64,000 bases of DNA, taken from Octopus sinensis (Eukaryota). The stretch is from the NCBI RefSeq assembly GCF_006345805.1, contig NC_043014.1, positions 36,704,001 to 36,768,000 of the forward strand, written 5' to 3'. Below the pieces are notes generated by a model. That model made no database searches, was not told the DNA's origin, and saw only the letters and a program-made list of their open reading frames with translations. Positions within the stretch are counted from its first letter, which is position 1, and each line of letters starts with the position of its first letter. Of this stretch, positions 1 to 14,092 are shown piece by piece. The translations under genes and the position numbers were made by a program.

Positions 1-1442
1 TATTGCCGGCTGAAAAAAGCTACAGTCAAATAGAAGAAGAGGCATTAGCCATCATATTTGCGGCAAAATAATTCCATTAATTTATACATGGAAGATGGTT
101 CCGTCTGCAGATAAACTACAGTCCATTATTGTCTATATATCGAAAAAGTGTCTTTCCATTCATGAAACCAATTGATTGAAGCTCTGGGGAACGATCCTAT
201 TGAATTACGAGTTCAAAATGGAGTATTTGCCATCGAAAAATTGGGACATGCAGATGGATTGTCAAGATTAATACTAAAATACAGTGAACCACTACAAGAC
301 AGTGATAGCGGCGTTAGAAACCGAAAATGAAATAAAAAAACATATTGTGCAATGTTTTACGCGAATTGCCGCTGTTGTTGGAGGAAATAAAAATGAAGGC
401 AGAGACATACGAGTTTATCACAGAAATGAAAATATAGTGAAATCAGAAGAAACAAATAAAAAAAATACGTGTGGCTGAAAGTAACAGAGTTTCGAATTTG
501 TATTTGATATATGATAATGTGCTTATGTAGAGGGGATCGTAATGCCTACCTCACTGCAAGGTCGAATGTTAAAGAAATTCCAAACTGGACAACCAGGAAT
601 TTCTAGAATGAAGTTGCTTATGAGGAGTTATGTTTTCTGACCAAAAATGGATCTAGATATCTAGAAATTAGTAAAATCCTGCTGTGGCTGTGTTCTTGCA
701 GCGAAAGCACTGCCTATGAAATTCCAACCATGGCCAAACACCAATATTCCATGGTCCAAAATATGCATACACTTCGCAGGATCGTTAAACCGATCATTTT
801 ATCTAATAGTGGTATATAGCTATACAAATGTGAAAATGTGGCAAACTGAACTCAACGGTAACAGTAAAATTTCTAAGGCGGCGAGCTGGCAGAAACGTTA
901 ACACGCCGGGCGAAATGCGTAGCCGTATTTCGTCTGCCGTTACGTTCTGAGTTCGAATTCCGCCGAGGTCGACTTTGCCTTTCATCCTTTCGGGGTCGAT
1001 AAATTAAGTACCAGTTACGCACTGGGGTCGATATAATCGACTTAATCCGTTTGTCTGTCCTTGTTTGTCCCCTCTGTGTTTAGCCCCTTGTGGGTAGTAA
1101 AGAAATAGGAAACAGTAAAATTTCAACACGAACTTTATGGTAGGTATGATGTCTCGGACACCATAGTATCTAGATACAGTACACAATTCACGGCGAATGA
1201 ATTTAAGAACTTTTGCACGATGTACTCAATTGAACATATAAAACTCCTCCGTATCAGCCAAGATCTAACGGGCAAGCAGAAAGTTCGTTGATACATTTAA
1301 AAGAGCATAACAGAAATCGAGAAACAAGCTAGTCGATGACACAACATTCACGCAATACTTGGGGGATTATAGGATAACACCAAACCCAAACGCTTTTTCA
1401 GGTTCGAAAACTAAAGTCAAATTTTGACAAGATACTACTGGT
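1..1442 (+). mobile_element. Decayed Ty3/Gypsy pol fragment (RNase H + integrase), interrupted by a SINE
   Basis: Frameshifted translations such as AEKSYSQIEEEALAIIFA, FQPWPNTNIPWSKICIHFAGSLNRSFYLIVV and PRSNGQAE. Homologous to the Gypsy copies at 24091-27213 and 43914-45990. Confidence 0.85.
874..1110 (+). mobile_element. tRNA-derived SINE
   Basis: GGCGGCGAGCTGGCAGAA head and GTTCGAATTCC B box. 14-bp TSD AACAGTAAAATTTC at 860-873 and 1111-1124. Confidence 0.85.
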
Positions 1443-1858
1443 GAATGATGAATGATTATTCTCACCACGAACACGTCGTAAGCGATGTCTTTTCTCTACA
1501 CTTCTAATTTCCTGTAAATATTTCTTTTTGATTAAACCCAATATCTGTTATTAAATTTACCCATCAATTCCTGCGTAACTGGTTGGCTAATTTGATATGC
1601 ACAACTTCTCCATTTTGTGTGAGATATGTTCCGTCTTCAGTATCCTGAAGCTGTTTATTAATCTCGTCTATGTTGATTGTATTGATAACCAATTTGACTT
1701 CACTGTAACCAGCTGCCCAAAACTGTGGACAACATACACAATGCCTATCGGTTATTTTGTAAACAATTTATCTACAACCCAAATATCCTACTGTTATTTC
1801 TTCGGCGTTGGTGATACCGGTTTGACAGTTGTGAGTCGGAGCGCACTAAGTATCATTC
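1443..1858 (-). pseudogene. Gene A terminal exon (now 3' UTR), decayed cysteine-rich/TNFR-like coding remnant, truncated by the Gypsy element
   Basis: AG acceptor at 1859-1860, near-identical to 33200-33622 and 53300-53722. Reads NDT*CAPTHNCQTG...HCVCCPQFWAAGY...EDGTY with stops. Confidence 0.5.
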
Positions 1859-2549
1859 CTAATAATATTATTAATATTACATAAGGGTATAAGTGTATGT
1901 TAATGAAAAGAGTATATACATAAATGGAAATACGCATGCATACATATATTCAAAATCACGCGTGTGTGTAAACGTACACAAAATATGCATGCCCCCATAT
2001 ATATATAAATATGAATGCAAGCGTATATCTAAAAGAAACTTTGCCCAGATATTTGCACCCCCCATCAAGGAAACATATCCATTTCATGTATGCAAATGCA
2101 CAGTAAACCACATACATATAACCACATAAATATAGCTTGTGTGCAAAGACCCACACGTATAAAAACATGAAAGCATATTCGTATGCACGAATGCACAAAG
2201 ACACACACACACATGTATGAAAAGTATGAATACATACAATGGCATAGATACATCGTAAGCATATATAAACGAAAATACCTCTATGTGGAATTTTAACTAA
2301 CAAGAAATAGTAGCCAGCCACGTACATATCACGAAACCTGTCTTAAAAGAAAATTGGACACATTGGATATTAAAGTTGTAGTTATATCATTCCTGAAATG
2401 AACGGATGTAATTGTCTACCCAGAATACCTTCGACCACCGTCGACTCTTAGATAGCGGTTGAGCTGAGGCTAAATAAACATTGTTACAAGAAAAGGGGAA
2501 ACATTAATCAGGGTAAGAAATAGAAAATTAACTTACTTTTTTTACGAAC

Positions 2550-2863
2550 TTATAACTCATTGGAAATTTGTGCCTTAAGTGAACCAAAGTTTGTTTTACA
2601 TGTGATATTTGTGTCAGATACGTCTCTGGGTGGTGGAATGAAAGTATAATCGGATGATACCAGAGAATAACAGCTTGCAGTAAGCGGGATTTTCTCATTT
2701 TTGACGAAATAAAATTTTTTACCATTTTTTATCACAATCCACGTAAAGGTTAGTTGCGATTTAAAAGGTGCCCCAACAGTTGCTACACATCTTAGGTGTC
2801 TTACTTCTCTGCCTTCTTCATTAAATCCGTCGGCAATTTGCAGACTCTCTAACCTAGATTTTG
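2550..2863 (-). CDS. Gene A exon 3: C2-type Ig domain with stop codon
   Basis: TTTTCAG acceptor, phase 1, open frame (A)KSRLESLQ...LRCVATVGAPF...FTWIV...CYSLVSSDY...NITCKTNFGS...NEL*. Ig C..W..C spacing. GTAAGT donor 13 nt after the stop. Conserved in two paralogs. Confidence 0.8.
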
Positions 2864-3171
2864 CTGAAAAGAAATCGATCTAATATAGCAAAATGTTAGA
2901 ACAATATGCTTTGACTATTGGGTGGTTTCACTAATATAAACAACAATCTTCATACTAAACTAAAATGGTTAACACCACTCGAATGGTTCTTGATGCTGGA
3001 CCCTGTGAACTACTGTTTCTAACTTACATTCACATAAACACACGCAGACCGAGACACACATGCGCATGGACAAGCACACATCTCATGCGCACATACAGAC
3101 ATGCACATATGCTCAAACAGATACACACACACATATATTCACGCGTACTCACACCAACATGCACACACACA

Positions 3172-6100
3172 CTTCCAACAGTTCTGTTCATTTCCTCTTT
3201 CTTGTGCTGCTACTCCTAGGTTGGATTTGTAGCGGTAGCAAAGAGAGTTCAATGATCTCCATTGCAAGAAAGATTATTGAATAACCTCCCGTTATTCCCG
3301 TTTCTCGAAGCACCTGTATCATGAGATGTGATTCTTAATTATTCAAGAAACTTAGCGTTACTCTTGGAAGTTTCTACATTGTCTAGTGTTCCGTTAATAT
3401 AAGCAGCCTGCTAACCTGGCTCTTCTCTTCTTAGTCGATTAGGCTTAGAGCCATTCACGTCATTACTATGTCCGTCTATTTCTCTACGCCAAATGACTGA
3501 AACCCACCACTTAGCTGTTATTTCTATTTTCCTATCTCTGAACTTTCTTACATAGATTACTTCATTCAACTAGTTTCAACATTTTGATTATGTATCATCA
3601 TCTACCATTATATAAAATATATATAGTTCTTGAATTTATTCTTCATTTCTATATGAACTCTTTTAATAATAAACACACAGCCACATCAACACATAGTACT
3701 GACTATATATAACCACTACATAAATTGGTGACCCCGACGTGATAGAAATACGTATCTATTAAACCGCCAGCAGGTCATTGTCGTTTTTTGTCACTCGTGT
3801 GCACACACTCTCTGCATCAGTCACGCTCTGACTGGCATTTTCTGCACTCTGCGCACGCAAAACGACACTGCTATTCGGACTCCCTCGGATAAATCCTGTC
3901 CTCTATACATTTCTTTGAATTCTGTTTCCTGAGATGCACAATTTTCACTACCTCTATATTGCGTGCACAAACATACACGTTACAGAAGTTTGAACTTTGA
4001 TTTTTCACTTTGGACCTCAAATATTTCATTTATTCCATTCTGTTTTCATCTATTTTTGATATTTTATGATGTATACATTTTTGTTACTGTTATTGTATAC
4101 CGTTACCTCTGCCTGAGGGGTAGCAAGATAGTTGAGTGATCTCTCTTACAAGAAAGATTATAGAGTAACGTCCGTTCTAAGTTTCTCGGAGCATCTGCTT
4201 CATGAAAATTGATTCTTACTTACTCAAGAAGTTTAGCGTTTCTTTTCGAAGTTTCTAGAATGTCTAGCGTCCCATTAATAAAAACAGCTTCCTCACACTG
4301 GTCTTCGCTTCTTAGTCGATTAGACTTGGAGCCATTCACGTCATTGCTATGTCCATCTATTTCTCTACGCCACATTTCTGAAAGCTAACATTTAGCTGTT
4401 ATTTCTATATTTCTTATCGCTGAACTTTCTTGCATAGATTACTTCATTCAACTAGATTCTATATTTTGATTATGTATCATCATTGTCCAGTAAATAAAAT
4501 ATATATTTTTATGTAGTAAATGTATAGTTCTTGAATTTATTCATCTCTGTATGAACTCTTGTAATAATATACACGCTGCCATATCGACACCTTGTACAGA
4601 CGATATATAACCACTACAGACTTCATGTGGAACATCAACGGTGTCGTAGAGCACTTTCATAAGTATCTCTTTTTTTTTTTCGTATATCTTTTGTGTTCTC
4701 ATTTTTCGCGTCTTATATACATCATTTTGCCAATTCGCTTTTGTTACTACTTCGTCTTCCCAAACTTCTCTTCATTTTCATACATTTTGAAAAAAACACC
4801 TTGTCACCGATATTAAAGAACTTTCTCGTATTTTTAGTGCTTTCCCTATTTGTTTTTCTTACTGATAACAGCTTGTGAAAAATTGGTTTTGTTTTTCGAG
4901 CAATCGTTAGTTACGTAAGCAACTTGCCTGAACAAGGGCTTGGGTATGGTGCTATCCAATAAACCCTCAAGAATTCTGTCAATCCTGCATCATCGACTAG
5001 CTCGTTTCTTGATTTCTTTAATGCCCTTTTAAATGCATCCACGGACCGTTCCGCATACCCGTTTGATCTTCGCTGATATGGCAGAGTAGAGATGTGTTCA
5101 ATTTCATTTTTTGCAAAAGACCTCATACGCCGTAAACTGTGCACCGTTTTTGGATACTATGGTATCCAGGACACCATATCTTGCAAAGAGTTCATGATGA
5201 AATTCTGGTGTTACTGGAGAGGTTGGTTTCCTACATCTACAAATTTCCAGCCACTTATTATAACTATCTAATACAATCAGGTAATATGGGACATTTACTG
5301 CTTCAGCAAAATCTATATAAAGCCCGGTCTATAGACTGTCGGTTTTAGACTACGGCTGGAATTTTACCAGTGGTAACGTAACTGGCAGTTCACAGATAAC
5401 TTTACAAAAAACATTTTAAATTTCATTTTCCTCTCGCAAAGCGGCAATCACAGTATCTTCGAATGGTTCCACGTTTATCTAAATCAGGCTTGATAGAAAA
5501 TCTGCAAGACCAAATTTCTTGGATGGTATACACTACATCTTGAAATCATAGTTTGATAGTACCGTAGCCTAGCGTTGTAATCTATTACCAGTATAGGTAC
5601 AGATTCCTTTTTTCGACCCAAATATCGATAATAACGGTCGGTGATCAGTCTGTAGCCGAAAACTTCTACTATGCAAAAATCTGTGAAATCTATTCACAGC
5701 AAACATGATTGCTAGACCTTTTTCTTCGATTTGACTATAATTTTTCTCTGCTAATATCGGAGAACGTAAACATGAACCACCGCTTTCATGTTACCATTGT
5801 TATATTTATGTAGCATTACTTCTCTATACTGTTTTCACAAGTGTCTGAAGCTACAACAATCTCCGCTGCAGGATCAATGTGAGCTAATGACAAATCAAAT
5901 ATTAATATTTTGGCAATTTTCTAACCAGTTCCATTCCATATCTTTTTTCAGCAAATTATTCAGTGGAGCCCTAACCTGATGCATATTTGGGATATAATTT
6001 GGTAATAATTTGCAAGTCGTGAAAATGCTTGTAAGGTCGCTATATTAGTCTGAGGAGGGCATACTTTTAATTATAGCTGCCCTCGACAGGTCAGGTTGTT

Positions 6101-8463
6101 TCTGTCAATGACTTGTCCAAAATATCTCATTTCCGGTAAGAAAAATTCATATTTTTCTTCATTCAAGGTAAAGCCGTAATCCTAAATTTTCTCAAATACG
6201 TATTTTTCTGTGCTCGACGTGTCGATCCCTGGATTCACTTTTAATGTCTATATCAACCAGATACGGAATTGCGAATTCACAGTCCGCTCACAGTGCATCA
6301 ATGCACTGTTGAAAAATCGCTGGTGCGACTTTTAAACCAAATGGTAACCACTTATACTTATACAGTCTTTTATATGTGTTAACTGTTAGATATTTCGAGC
6401 ATTTATCGTCTATTCTAACTTCTATGTACGCGTCAGAGAGATCCAATTAAGAAAAGATTTTTTCGCCGTTCAATCTCGCAAATATATCCTGCGGAATAGG
6501 TTGCGAATAGTGGCACATTTTAAGACATTCGTGTAAACCCGTGGAAAGATCAGCACACACTAATTTTATTATTCTTCTTAATATATATAGTTGCTGCTGC
6601 CCCTTTAGAATATCTCATTGTTTGGATAAATACAATGTTTTCTAGTCTCTCTCATTTTTCATTGATTTGCTTCATCGCTGGGAGGGGCACCATTCGTTTT
6701 CGTTTAAATACTGGTATGGCGTTTACTTTTATTTGAAAACATGCTTTTGTCTTGGTACACAGATCTAATTTATCGGACAGAACTCGGGGGAAAATATTTA
6801 TTACTTTTTCTTTCAATTCGTCTGTTTTTACTGGAGGAAAAAGCATTTCTAATTTTATAGAACAGATTTATGGGAAGGTCCCATCAATTAAACAATTCCA
6901 TTCAGTCAGTACCGAACAAGTTTGCTGCATTATTTCACACAAAAACTTTTGCTTTCAAGGTTTTACACCGAAATCTCACATCAATTATCATTTCGCCCAA
7001 AACATTTAATTTTTTCCTGAGAGACGTTTTGCAAATTTTGAAGTTTTCATTAATGTAATCTTTCCAATTTTTTTCATGCATCAATATTAATTCTTAATTG
7101 TAATATCACTGTCTGTATCTAGTTATAACTTCACGTTCACAATATTAATTTTTATGTACACAAACTTTCTTTTGTGAGCTTCGCATAGACTTTCTGTTGA
7201 GAAAACCTTACCGCAATTTATTTTCATTCGGCCTTTTTTTTTGCTCTGCAATGTGAGGTTTTATGTCCGATTTAAATCTTTGAATTAACAGTTATTTTTA
7301 ACATGTAGACATCCGCACACATAGCATGGATTCGGTCTTGATCTTGGTTTTCTTTTTTCCTTATCCAACACTTCTGTATATGAGAGTAATGCTCTTCTTC
7401 GATTTTATTTGCGTTATATCGTAGAGTAATAGTTCTCTGACATTCCACTGCCACTGCCTGAAGAATGAAATTCTGGTCCTGTTTTAGTTTTGTCAATTAG
7501 ATCCGGCCACGTATCTGTGCATTTTTGCTTGCAGTTAACCCTTGAACAAAAATTAAATATTTGAACAAGTCCAGACTTAATTCTTTCAGTTTAAATTTTT
7601 CACGTTCTCGATTTACGACTCTGGTATAAATGACAAAATCATCTTTTTCTTTTTTTTTTACTAAATTCAAACATTACTAGCAAGTATTGGACAGGAACTT
7701 CTCTCATTGAAAATTTTCGATAATAATTTGTTTCATCGAAACAAATTTCACGTGTTTTCCTCTTTTGTTTGTTATCTTTTGTTTTGTTTTTATTCCGTTT
7801 TTTTGCAGAATAAATATACGGTATTTTTCGTGTTCGGCAGGAAACACTTGTCTTAAAGGTAGTCGTACCTTTTTATTGTCCGTCCAATTTTTGCACTCCT
7901 TCTTGAAGATTTCTTCACTGGAAATATGCAAAAGAAGTAATACCTTCTTCTGGGTTGTAATTAAATTCTGCAATTGCGTTTGCTACGCCGATGGTGAAAG
8001 CGAGCCTGGAGTATTTTGGGACTTCAGCATTAACTTCAGCAACTGTTGATATTGTTGTGGTTGCTGTAATTGCTGCTGTAACTGTTGTTGTTGCCTGCTG
8101 CAATCGCACCACGGAGGCTAATAAGTCTTCAACGTTAACTAATTTTTCTTTGATTCTGTATCAAAAGGAAATGTTAACGTCCGACGTCGCCACTTTATAT
8201 CTTGCTATACGTTGGATATACAGATGTCATGAAGCGGAGATGGACACAAGTGTCTTCTCACGAAGTGTTTCAAATTACTCCATTAAACACGATATTCCAA
8301 TAAATGAAAACTCTCAACGATCTCAAGGTCTTCCTACGCCGTCTACAAACCCTTAACAATTCCTACGACCGCCTTCAATTCAACCAATACGCAACCCTTA
8401 ATAAAAGTTCGGCTAGTTCTTTTCTCCAATCCCACAAGGGTATCAATGACTTTCGCCACCACA
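3172..8463 (-). mobile_element. Decayed Ty3/Gypsy element (LTR, PBS, gag, PR, RT, RH, INT) in intron 2 of gene A
   Basis: PBS-like TGGCGACGTCGG (rc of about 8181-8192) beside an LTR-like block at about 8197-8463. Gag-like AEFNYNPEEGITSFAYF, RT-region PVFKRKRMVP, INT PYQRRSNGYAERSVDAFKRAL. Its 3' part recurs in genes B (about 34855-35375) and C (about 54960-55870). Confidence 0.8.
3228..4618 (+). mobile_element. Short non-autonomous LTR element (TRIM-like) nested in the Gypsy element
   Basis: Two ~490-bp direct repeats (3228-3720 TGTAG...CTACA; about 4119-4618). PBS TGGTGACCCCGACGTGA at 3726 matches the tRNA-Trp 3' end. ~400-bp non-coding interior. GATT/GACT flanks. Absent at the paralogous site near 34910. 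Confidence 0.8.
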
Positions 8464-9186
8464 AAACTATTTCCTGTTTTATAGAAAAAAGGTGAATAAA
8501 ATGTTCAGCCTTGAAAAATTCGAGACTAGAATTGAAAAGATAAAAAAAGTTTTAATTGGCATTTTGTTTCACTTTTTGAAAAAAAAAGTTTTCATAATAA
8601 TTTCCTCTCTTTCATATCTTTCTTTTCCTTTTCACTCCTCCATTCCATTGTCTCCTTCCGTCTATAATGCATCTAATTGTGCTTCTAAAAAAATGCTATA
8701 ATTAATATTTATTTGTTAATATATTGGGATCGAAGTGTTGGTATCTCTCAATTCGTTTAAAAATAGGGTTGGTTTGTTGCTCATGAGACTAGCATTTAAA
8801 AATATGCAACAGAATACCACTTAATTATTTTTTAATTTTTCTGATACTAATTTCTAACTTTTGAAGACTCAACATTTTATTAAACCTTTTTTTAGAGAAA
8901 AATTTAACGTTTGAACATTTTATTGAACTTTTTTCCTGCAAAACAGGAATTTTTCCATTAACATTTTTTTATATCCTTTATTATTTAGATTATCATTCAA
9001 ATACCATTGCCAGCGTAAGCCTAATTTCTGGTTCACCCCCATTCCACGTTGAGGAGATTCTTTGTAGGATTAATTTCGACTTCACCAATTATCTAAAGTA
9101 TTACACTTCGAAATCTGAAATCTATGCTTATTATTAAACTCATATTGAGTCATATATTTTGTATTAATCAAGCAATATTTAATTTC

Positions 9187-9198
9187 ATATATATATAT

Positions 9199-9247
<49 letters not shown>
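9187..9247. repeat. (TA)n microsatellite
   Basis: Direct reading. Confidence 0.95.
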
Positions 9248-9251
<4 letters not shown>

Positions 9252-11471
9252 ATAGAAGGCTATTCATTTCATTTGATTTGGTTCAGTGTGGCAAAAAGCA
9301 ATGCAAATAATATTACATATTGTACAAATTTTATTTTAAACAATATGAATGCATTAATATTTTTGCATTTGAAATAAATGAGGGATAAAAAAATTGTTTT
9401 CAAATATCTCACATAATAATTAGACAAGGGAAGTGGCCAGTTAAACACAAAGAAGTAGTGAAAAAAACGGAAATGGACAAAAATTGAGGCAACTGTTGGA
9501 ACACTGCGAGAGAACCAAATAGAGACAATAGAGCCACGTTGTATAATAATAATAGAGAAGAAAACCAAGCGAAATGTAAATACGAAGAGGTTCTTAAGTA
9601 AATAATGTTAAAAAAATGTTGAGTTTTCGGAGATTTGACAACGAAAGAAGCAAACAACTTCACTGTTTTGTAGCGATTTTGCAGCGAGTATTGTTCTTCA
9701 TTGTTATTACTACTACATTTGTCATTGTAGCATCCATGTGTGACTTTCATTTTTATTTTTGCTTCATTGAGGTATACGGTCTAATTCTATGCTATCGGCA
9801 AATAAAATTTCAACCTAGTCTTAGCAATACAAGTATAATAATTTAACGCATGAGCTAAATATTTTAAAACGTATTGGGCAATTAGCTTTAGTTATAATAT
9901 TCTCCACTGGGCGCAAGATGAAATATCAAGATTTGAGAGGGGAAATAAAGAAAATGAAATCTATACTGCATTTAAAATACACCTCTCATAATTTGAAATC
10001 TGACAAAGAAAGATTATATCTACCGCTAACACAGAGTTATGAAACTATAACACTCTTATAAAATATCGACAGTGGAATTAGAAATATAACTAATAAGGAA
10101 GAATAGTAAGCAAATACATATAGCTTAAAGACCTGATCAGACAGAAAACACTTCTCTATATTCAAAGTAGCAAACAGTTAGAAAATACGTAACAGTAGCT
10201 GAGTTATTATACAATGGACATAAATGAGGTAATTTAGGCTTACATCAGAAAAAGCCGCAGAAAAACCAGTTTGGGATCTGTTAGTTCACAGAGACCAGGA
10301 GATCAATGTTAATCGACCTCATATTTTCAAACGCTAGCAGAAAAGGAATTACTTTTTTTTACCAAAATACTAGTCCTAACAAGTGATTTATTTTTATACG
10401 AAATATTTTTACAAATGAAAAATAAAAAAGGACACCTAGAATGTCGGAAAGGACAGAAACGGTCCCTATAATGACAGATCCCTTGGGAATGATTTTAAAA
10501 GATACATCAGAAACATAATCCAAATTCCAAATTACACACCGTACAGAAAATACACAGGGACGCTTAAGAAAGCTTAGCAGTAATGGATGATAGCCAAATG
10601 CTAATGGCAATTCAAGATACAATATATCATAATTAAAAATAAAACATTTTCTAGTCAGAATAAATACTTCTATAAATAACTCATGTCAGTCACTGCTACA
10701 TAAAACAGAAGAGACAATCCAATATTAAATAGAGACTGTAGTAAAGCAGGAGTATGGTCTTTCGTTTTACTGGAAAATTACCAAATTTGTTTCGTTTTTA
10801 TTAGACTTGATTTGCGAATCTTCGGCTAAATTTAACTGATAGTCATGGAATGACGAGCAGATATATAGCTGGATGAAAAGATAATAATTAACTGATTGCT
10901 ATAACCCAGGAATATTTATCTATAAAGTTATACCTTTATTGATTAGAACAATCTTTTTGTAGATTACTGACTCTGATCAGAAACAGGTGGGTGGATCTCA
11001 GAAATTTAGTTAATTATAATTCATCAAAAATAAAAAGTAACAGGGAGAGATTTTAATATTTAGCAGCTGTATGGAGACAACCGAGGACATTCTTTAATCT
11101 TATTCCTAAATCTTATCCTTAAAATATAATCTAACCGTGACTGGAAAATTATAATTTTTACAAAATTTAGTCATTCACATAATGAATTGCTTTTAACATG
11201 AAGTTGTTTGATATTGATTAATTAAATTTTTTTGTCCTACATCAATTATTCTAACCTCTATTTAATTCTACGGAGAATAGAACAACTAGATAGTGTACAC
11301 CATGCACAGTGTATTTTCATTGCAATATAACATAGAAAACCAAACCAAAGAATTTTGGCTTGTGCAAAAGATTGCACATGTCAAAATCTGCAGATACACA
11401 CAAAATAAATAAAGCTACTGAAAATGAATATTTCTGGGGCTGAATGAGTGCAAAAGCTGGGTAACACCAAC

Positions 11472-11789
11472 CTTTAAGAACCTTCCTTTCTGAAATTGCG
11501 TAGAATGTTTTACATGCGTAAGCTGCTACATCTCTGCAAGTGGGATTATATTTCCAACAGGTAACATGACCTTTTAAATTAGTAGGTAAATCACAGTCGA
11601 AACCTTGGCTAGTATTTAATTTTAGGTAGCCCTTGCTACGGTCATATTGTATATGTACGACTGTATCTTCGTTTTGTTGTAGTTTGAAGTCAAGAAGATT
11701 ATATACCTTATACTGGCATGTTAGTGATATACGAACTGTATTTCCCACATCAATACCCTCAGCTGGTTTCATTTCTACAACCTCAATAT
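11472..11789 (-). CDS. Gene A exon 2: V-type Ig domain
   Basis: TTACTTATAG acceptor, G|GTTGGT donor, 318 nt, phase 1-1. Reads IEVVEMKPAEG...SLTC...PTCRDVAAYACKT...VLK, with the V-set D-x-A-x-Y-x-C motif. Confidence 0.85.
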
Positions 11790-11994
11790 CTATAAGTAAA
11801 AATCAAAGAAATATATAATTGCAGTTATAGAACAACGGCGAAGAATATAATATGGAGAGTCATGGCATTAAAGAAAATGAGTGAATAAATGAATGAATGA
11901 ATGAATGAATGATGGTAGGCTCACGTAAGCCGAGAAATGGGGTTCTGCAATTTGCTGCTGAACACCCTGCAAAATGATTTGTTTAAAGTGATCA

Positions 11995-12410
11995 GGCGTA
12001 GGAGTGGCTGTGTGGTAAGTAGCTTGCTTACCAACCACATGGTTCCGGGTTCAGTCCCACTGCGTGGCAACTTGGGCAAGTGTCTTCTACTATAGCCTCG
12101 GGCCGACCAAAGCCTTGTGAGTGGATTTGGTAGACGGAAACTGAAAGAAGCCTGTCGTATATATGTATATATATATATATGTATGTGTATATGTTTGTGT
12201 GTCTGTGTTTGTCCCCCAACATCGTTTGACCACCGATGCTGGTGTGTTTACGTCCCTGTAACTTAGCGGTTCGGCATAAGAGATCGATAGAATTAGTACT
12301 AGGCTTACAAAGAATAAGTCCTGGGGGCGATTTGCTCGACTAAAAAGGTGGTGCTCCAGCATGGCCACAGTCAAATGACTGAAACAAGTAAAAGAGTAAA
12401 GAGTAAAGAG
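11995..12410 (+). mobile_element. tRNA-derived SINE with internal (TA)n/(TG)n and (GAGTAAA)n tail
   Basis: GGCGTAGGAGTGGCTGTGTGG head and GGTTCAGTCCC B box. Copies at 12999 and 50111. Absent from the paralogous site near 36385. Confidence 0.85.
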
Positions 12411-12998
12411 AGAAGTATGTGTTGTACATTAAATTAACTCCCTTCATCAAATCGACGTTCGCTGAACAGGAGTACGGTATACCACACATCGGGTATCGAA
12501 GTGATGGAAAACATCTTTTTCACAAGAAAATAACGCACCACCCAATCCAGAAATGGATTTCATGATCTCGTCATCGTGACTACGATACCCTGACAACTAG
12601 GACATGTGCCCTTATATTGAAAACGATAATCAAAGCATGTATGATAGCCCAAGCTAAACAAGGAGATAGAAAACGGTAATGAAGGAGAAATAGCAGAAGA
12701 TCAAATATCAAACAAATGAAATGCAGGAGTTGGCACAAAGCAAATGAAATTAAGGAGAACAGTAGAAAACGAACAAGAAGATCACATACAGCAAAAGATA
12801 AATGGAAGAACAAATGCGAACAAAAACGAAATCAGCATATATACACGAAAATAAAACAATCGATAGCGATCCATTATACCATCGAGAAAATAGTATGAAA
12901 GTGAAGCTGAATGAGAAAAATGCAAGAGTGCAGACTAAGGAGACAGAAACATTAGCGGTTAAAGTAAAATAATAAAAAAATAAGTGAAAATAAATGAA

Positions 12999-13136
12999 GG
13001 AGTGGCTGTGTGGTTCCGGGTTCAGTCCCACTGTGTGGCATCTTGGGCAAGTGTCTTCTGCTATAGCCCTGGGCCGACCAATGCCTTGTGAGTGGATTTG
13101 GTAGACGGAAACTGAAAGAAGCCTGTCGTATATATG

Positions 13137-13167
<31 letters not shown>

Positions 13168-13396
13168 TTGTGTGTCTGTGTTTGTCTCCCTAGCATTGCT
13201 TGACAACCGATGCTGGTGTATTTACGTCCCCGTCACTTAGCGGTTCGGCAAAAGAGACCGATAGAATAAGTACTGGGGTTACAAAGAATAAGTCCCGGGG
13301 ACGATTTGCTCGATTAAAGGCGGTGATCCAGCATGGCCGCAGTCAAATGACTGAAACAAGTAAACGAGTAAAAGAGAGAAAAGAGTAAAAGAGTAA
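12999..13396 (+). mobile_element. SINE, same family as 11995-12410, 5' truncated
   Basis: Near-identical body and tail. Confidence 0.85.
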
Positions 13397-13627
13397 ACTA
13401 ATACATTAAAACTGAGGAAGGAGAGTGGAAGGATAGATAAATGAAAGAGAAAAGGGGAGTGAATTGCAGTGAAAATAGATTATGGGGCCAGCTATAAGAA
13501 ATTAGTGTTAGATACATCAGCGATTAGGGAAGATTCTGTGGGGTGAAATACTCAAGTGGATGAAGTATAAGACATTCCGTTAAAATATTACCAGCATGGC
13601 CATTTGCGACATACAGGAGGGGAGACG

Positions 13628-13985
13628 TAAGTAATGTCACACCTCAGCTTACGTCAGTAATTGGTTCCAAGACATGCAACTTATCAAGAAAAGCGACGTA
13701 ACTCGGAAACCCATTTAAAAATTCATTGAAATTTGAAAAGAAAGGCCTCCGGTCGCTGTAAATTAATACACTTTAAATATTTCAATATAAATGGAAAATA
13801 ATAGGCATAAGTAATGTCACACCCCAGCTTACGTCGGTAATTGGTTCCAAGACATGCAACTTATCAAGAAAAGCGACGTAACTCGGAAACCCATTTAAAA
13901 ATTCATTGAAATTTGAAAAGAAAGGCCTCCGGTCGCTGTAAATAATACACTTTAAATATTTCAATATAAATGGAAAATAATAGGC
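13628..13985. repeat. Tandem duplication, two copies of a 180-bp unit
   Basis: TAAGTAATGTCACACC... starts at 13628 and 13808, nearly identical. Confidence 0.9.
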
Positions 13986-14092
13986 CAAGTTGGAAAAGAA
14001 TTACACAATGAAGACAGAATTGGAAGCGGATTCTGACCAGCGGTGTACAACAGCATCTGTCACATAGTCGATACTGTGATATTCGTACGTAT

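Noticed and set aside
1597-1884. Plus-strand ORF repeated at 33379 and 53481
   Set aside because: Antisense shadow of the decayed minus-strand exon; start and length are inconsistent and there is no recognisable motif.
11317-11772. ORF-track V proteins as single-exon genes ending GWCYPAFALIQPQKYSF
   Set aside because: The tail begins exactly at a conserved AAAG|GTTGGT donor (GTAAGT in psiV1) and splicing gives an in-frame C domain, so it is intronic read-through.
11790-11900. RAG-type recombination signals around V exons
   Set aside because: No CACAGTG-spacer-ACAAAAACC abuts the exons; V domains are complete single exons with ordinary splice sites.
13628-13985. CRISPR-like array in the 180-bp or 26-bp repeats
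   Set aside because: Head-to-tail repeats without unique spacers in eukaryotic DNA, and no cas genes.
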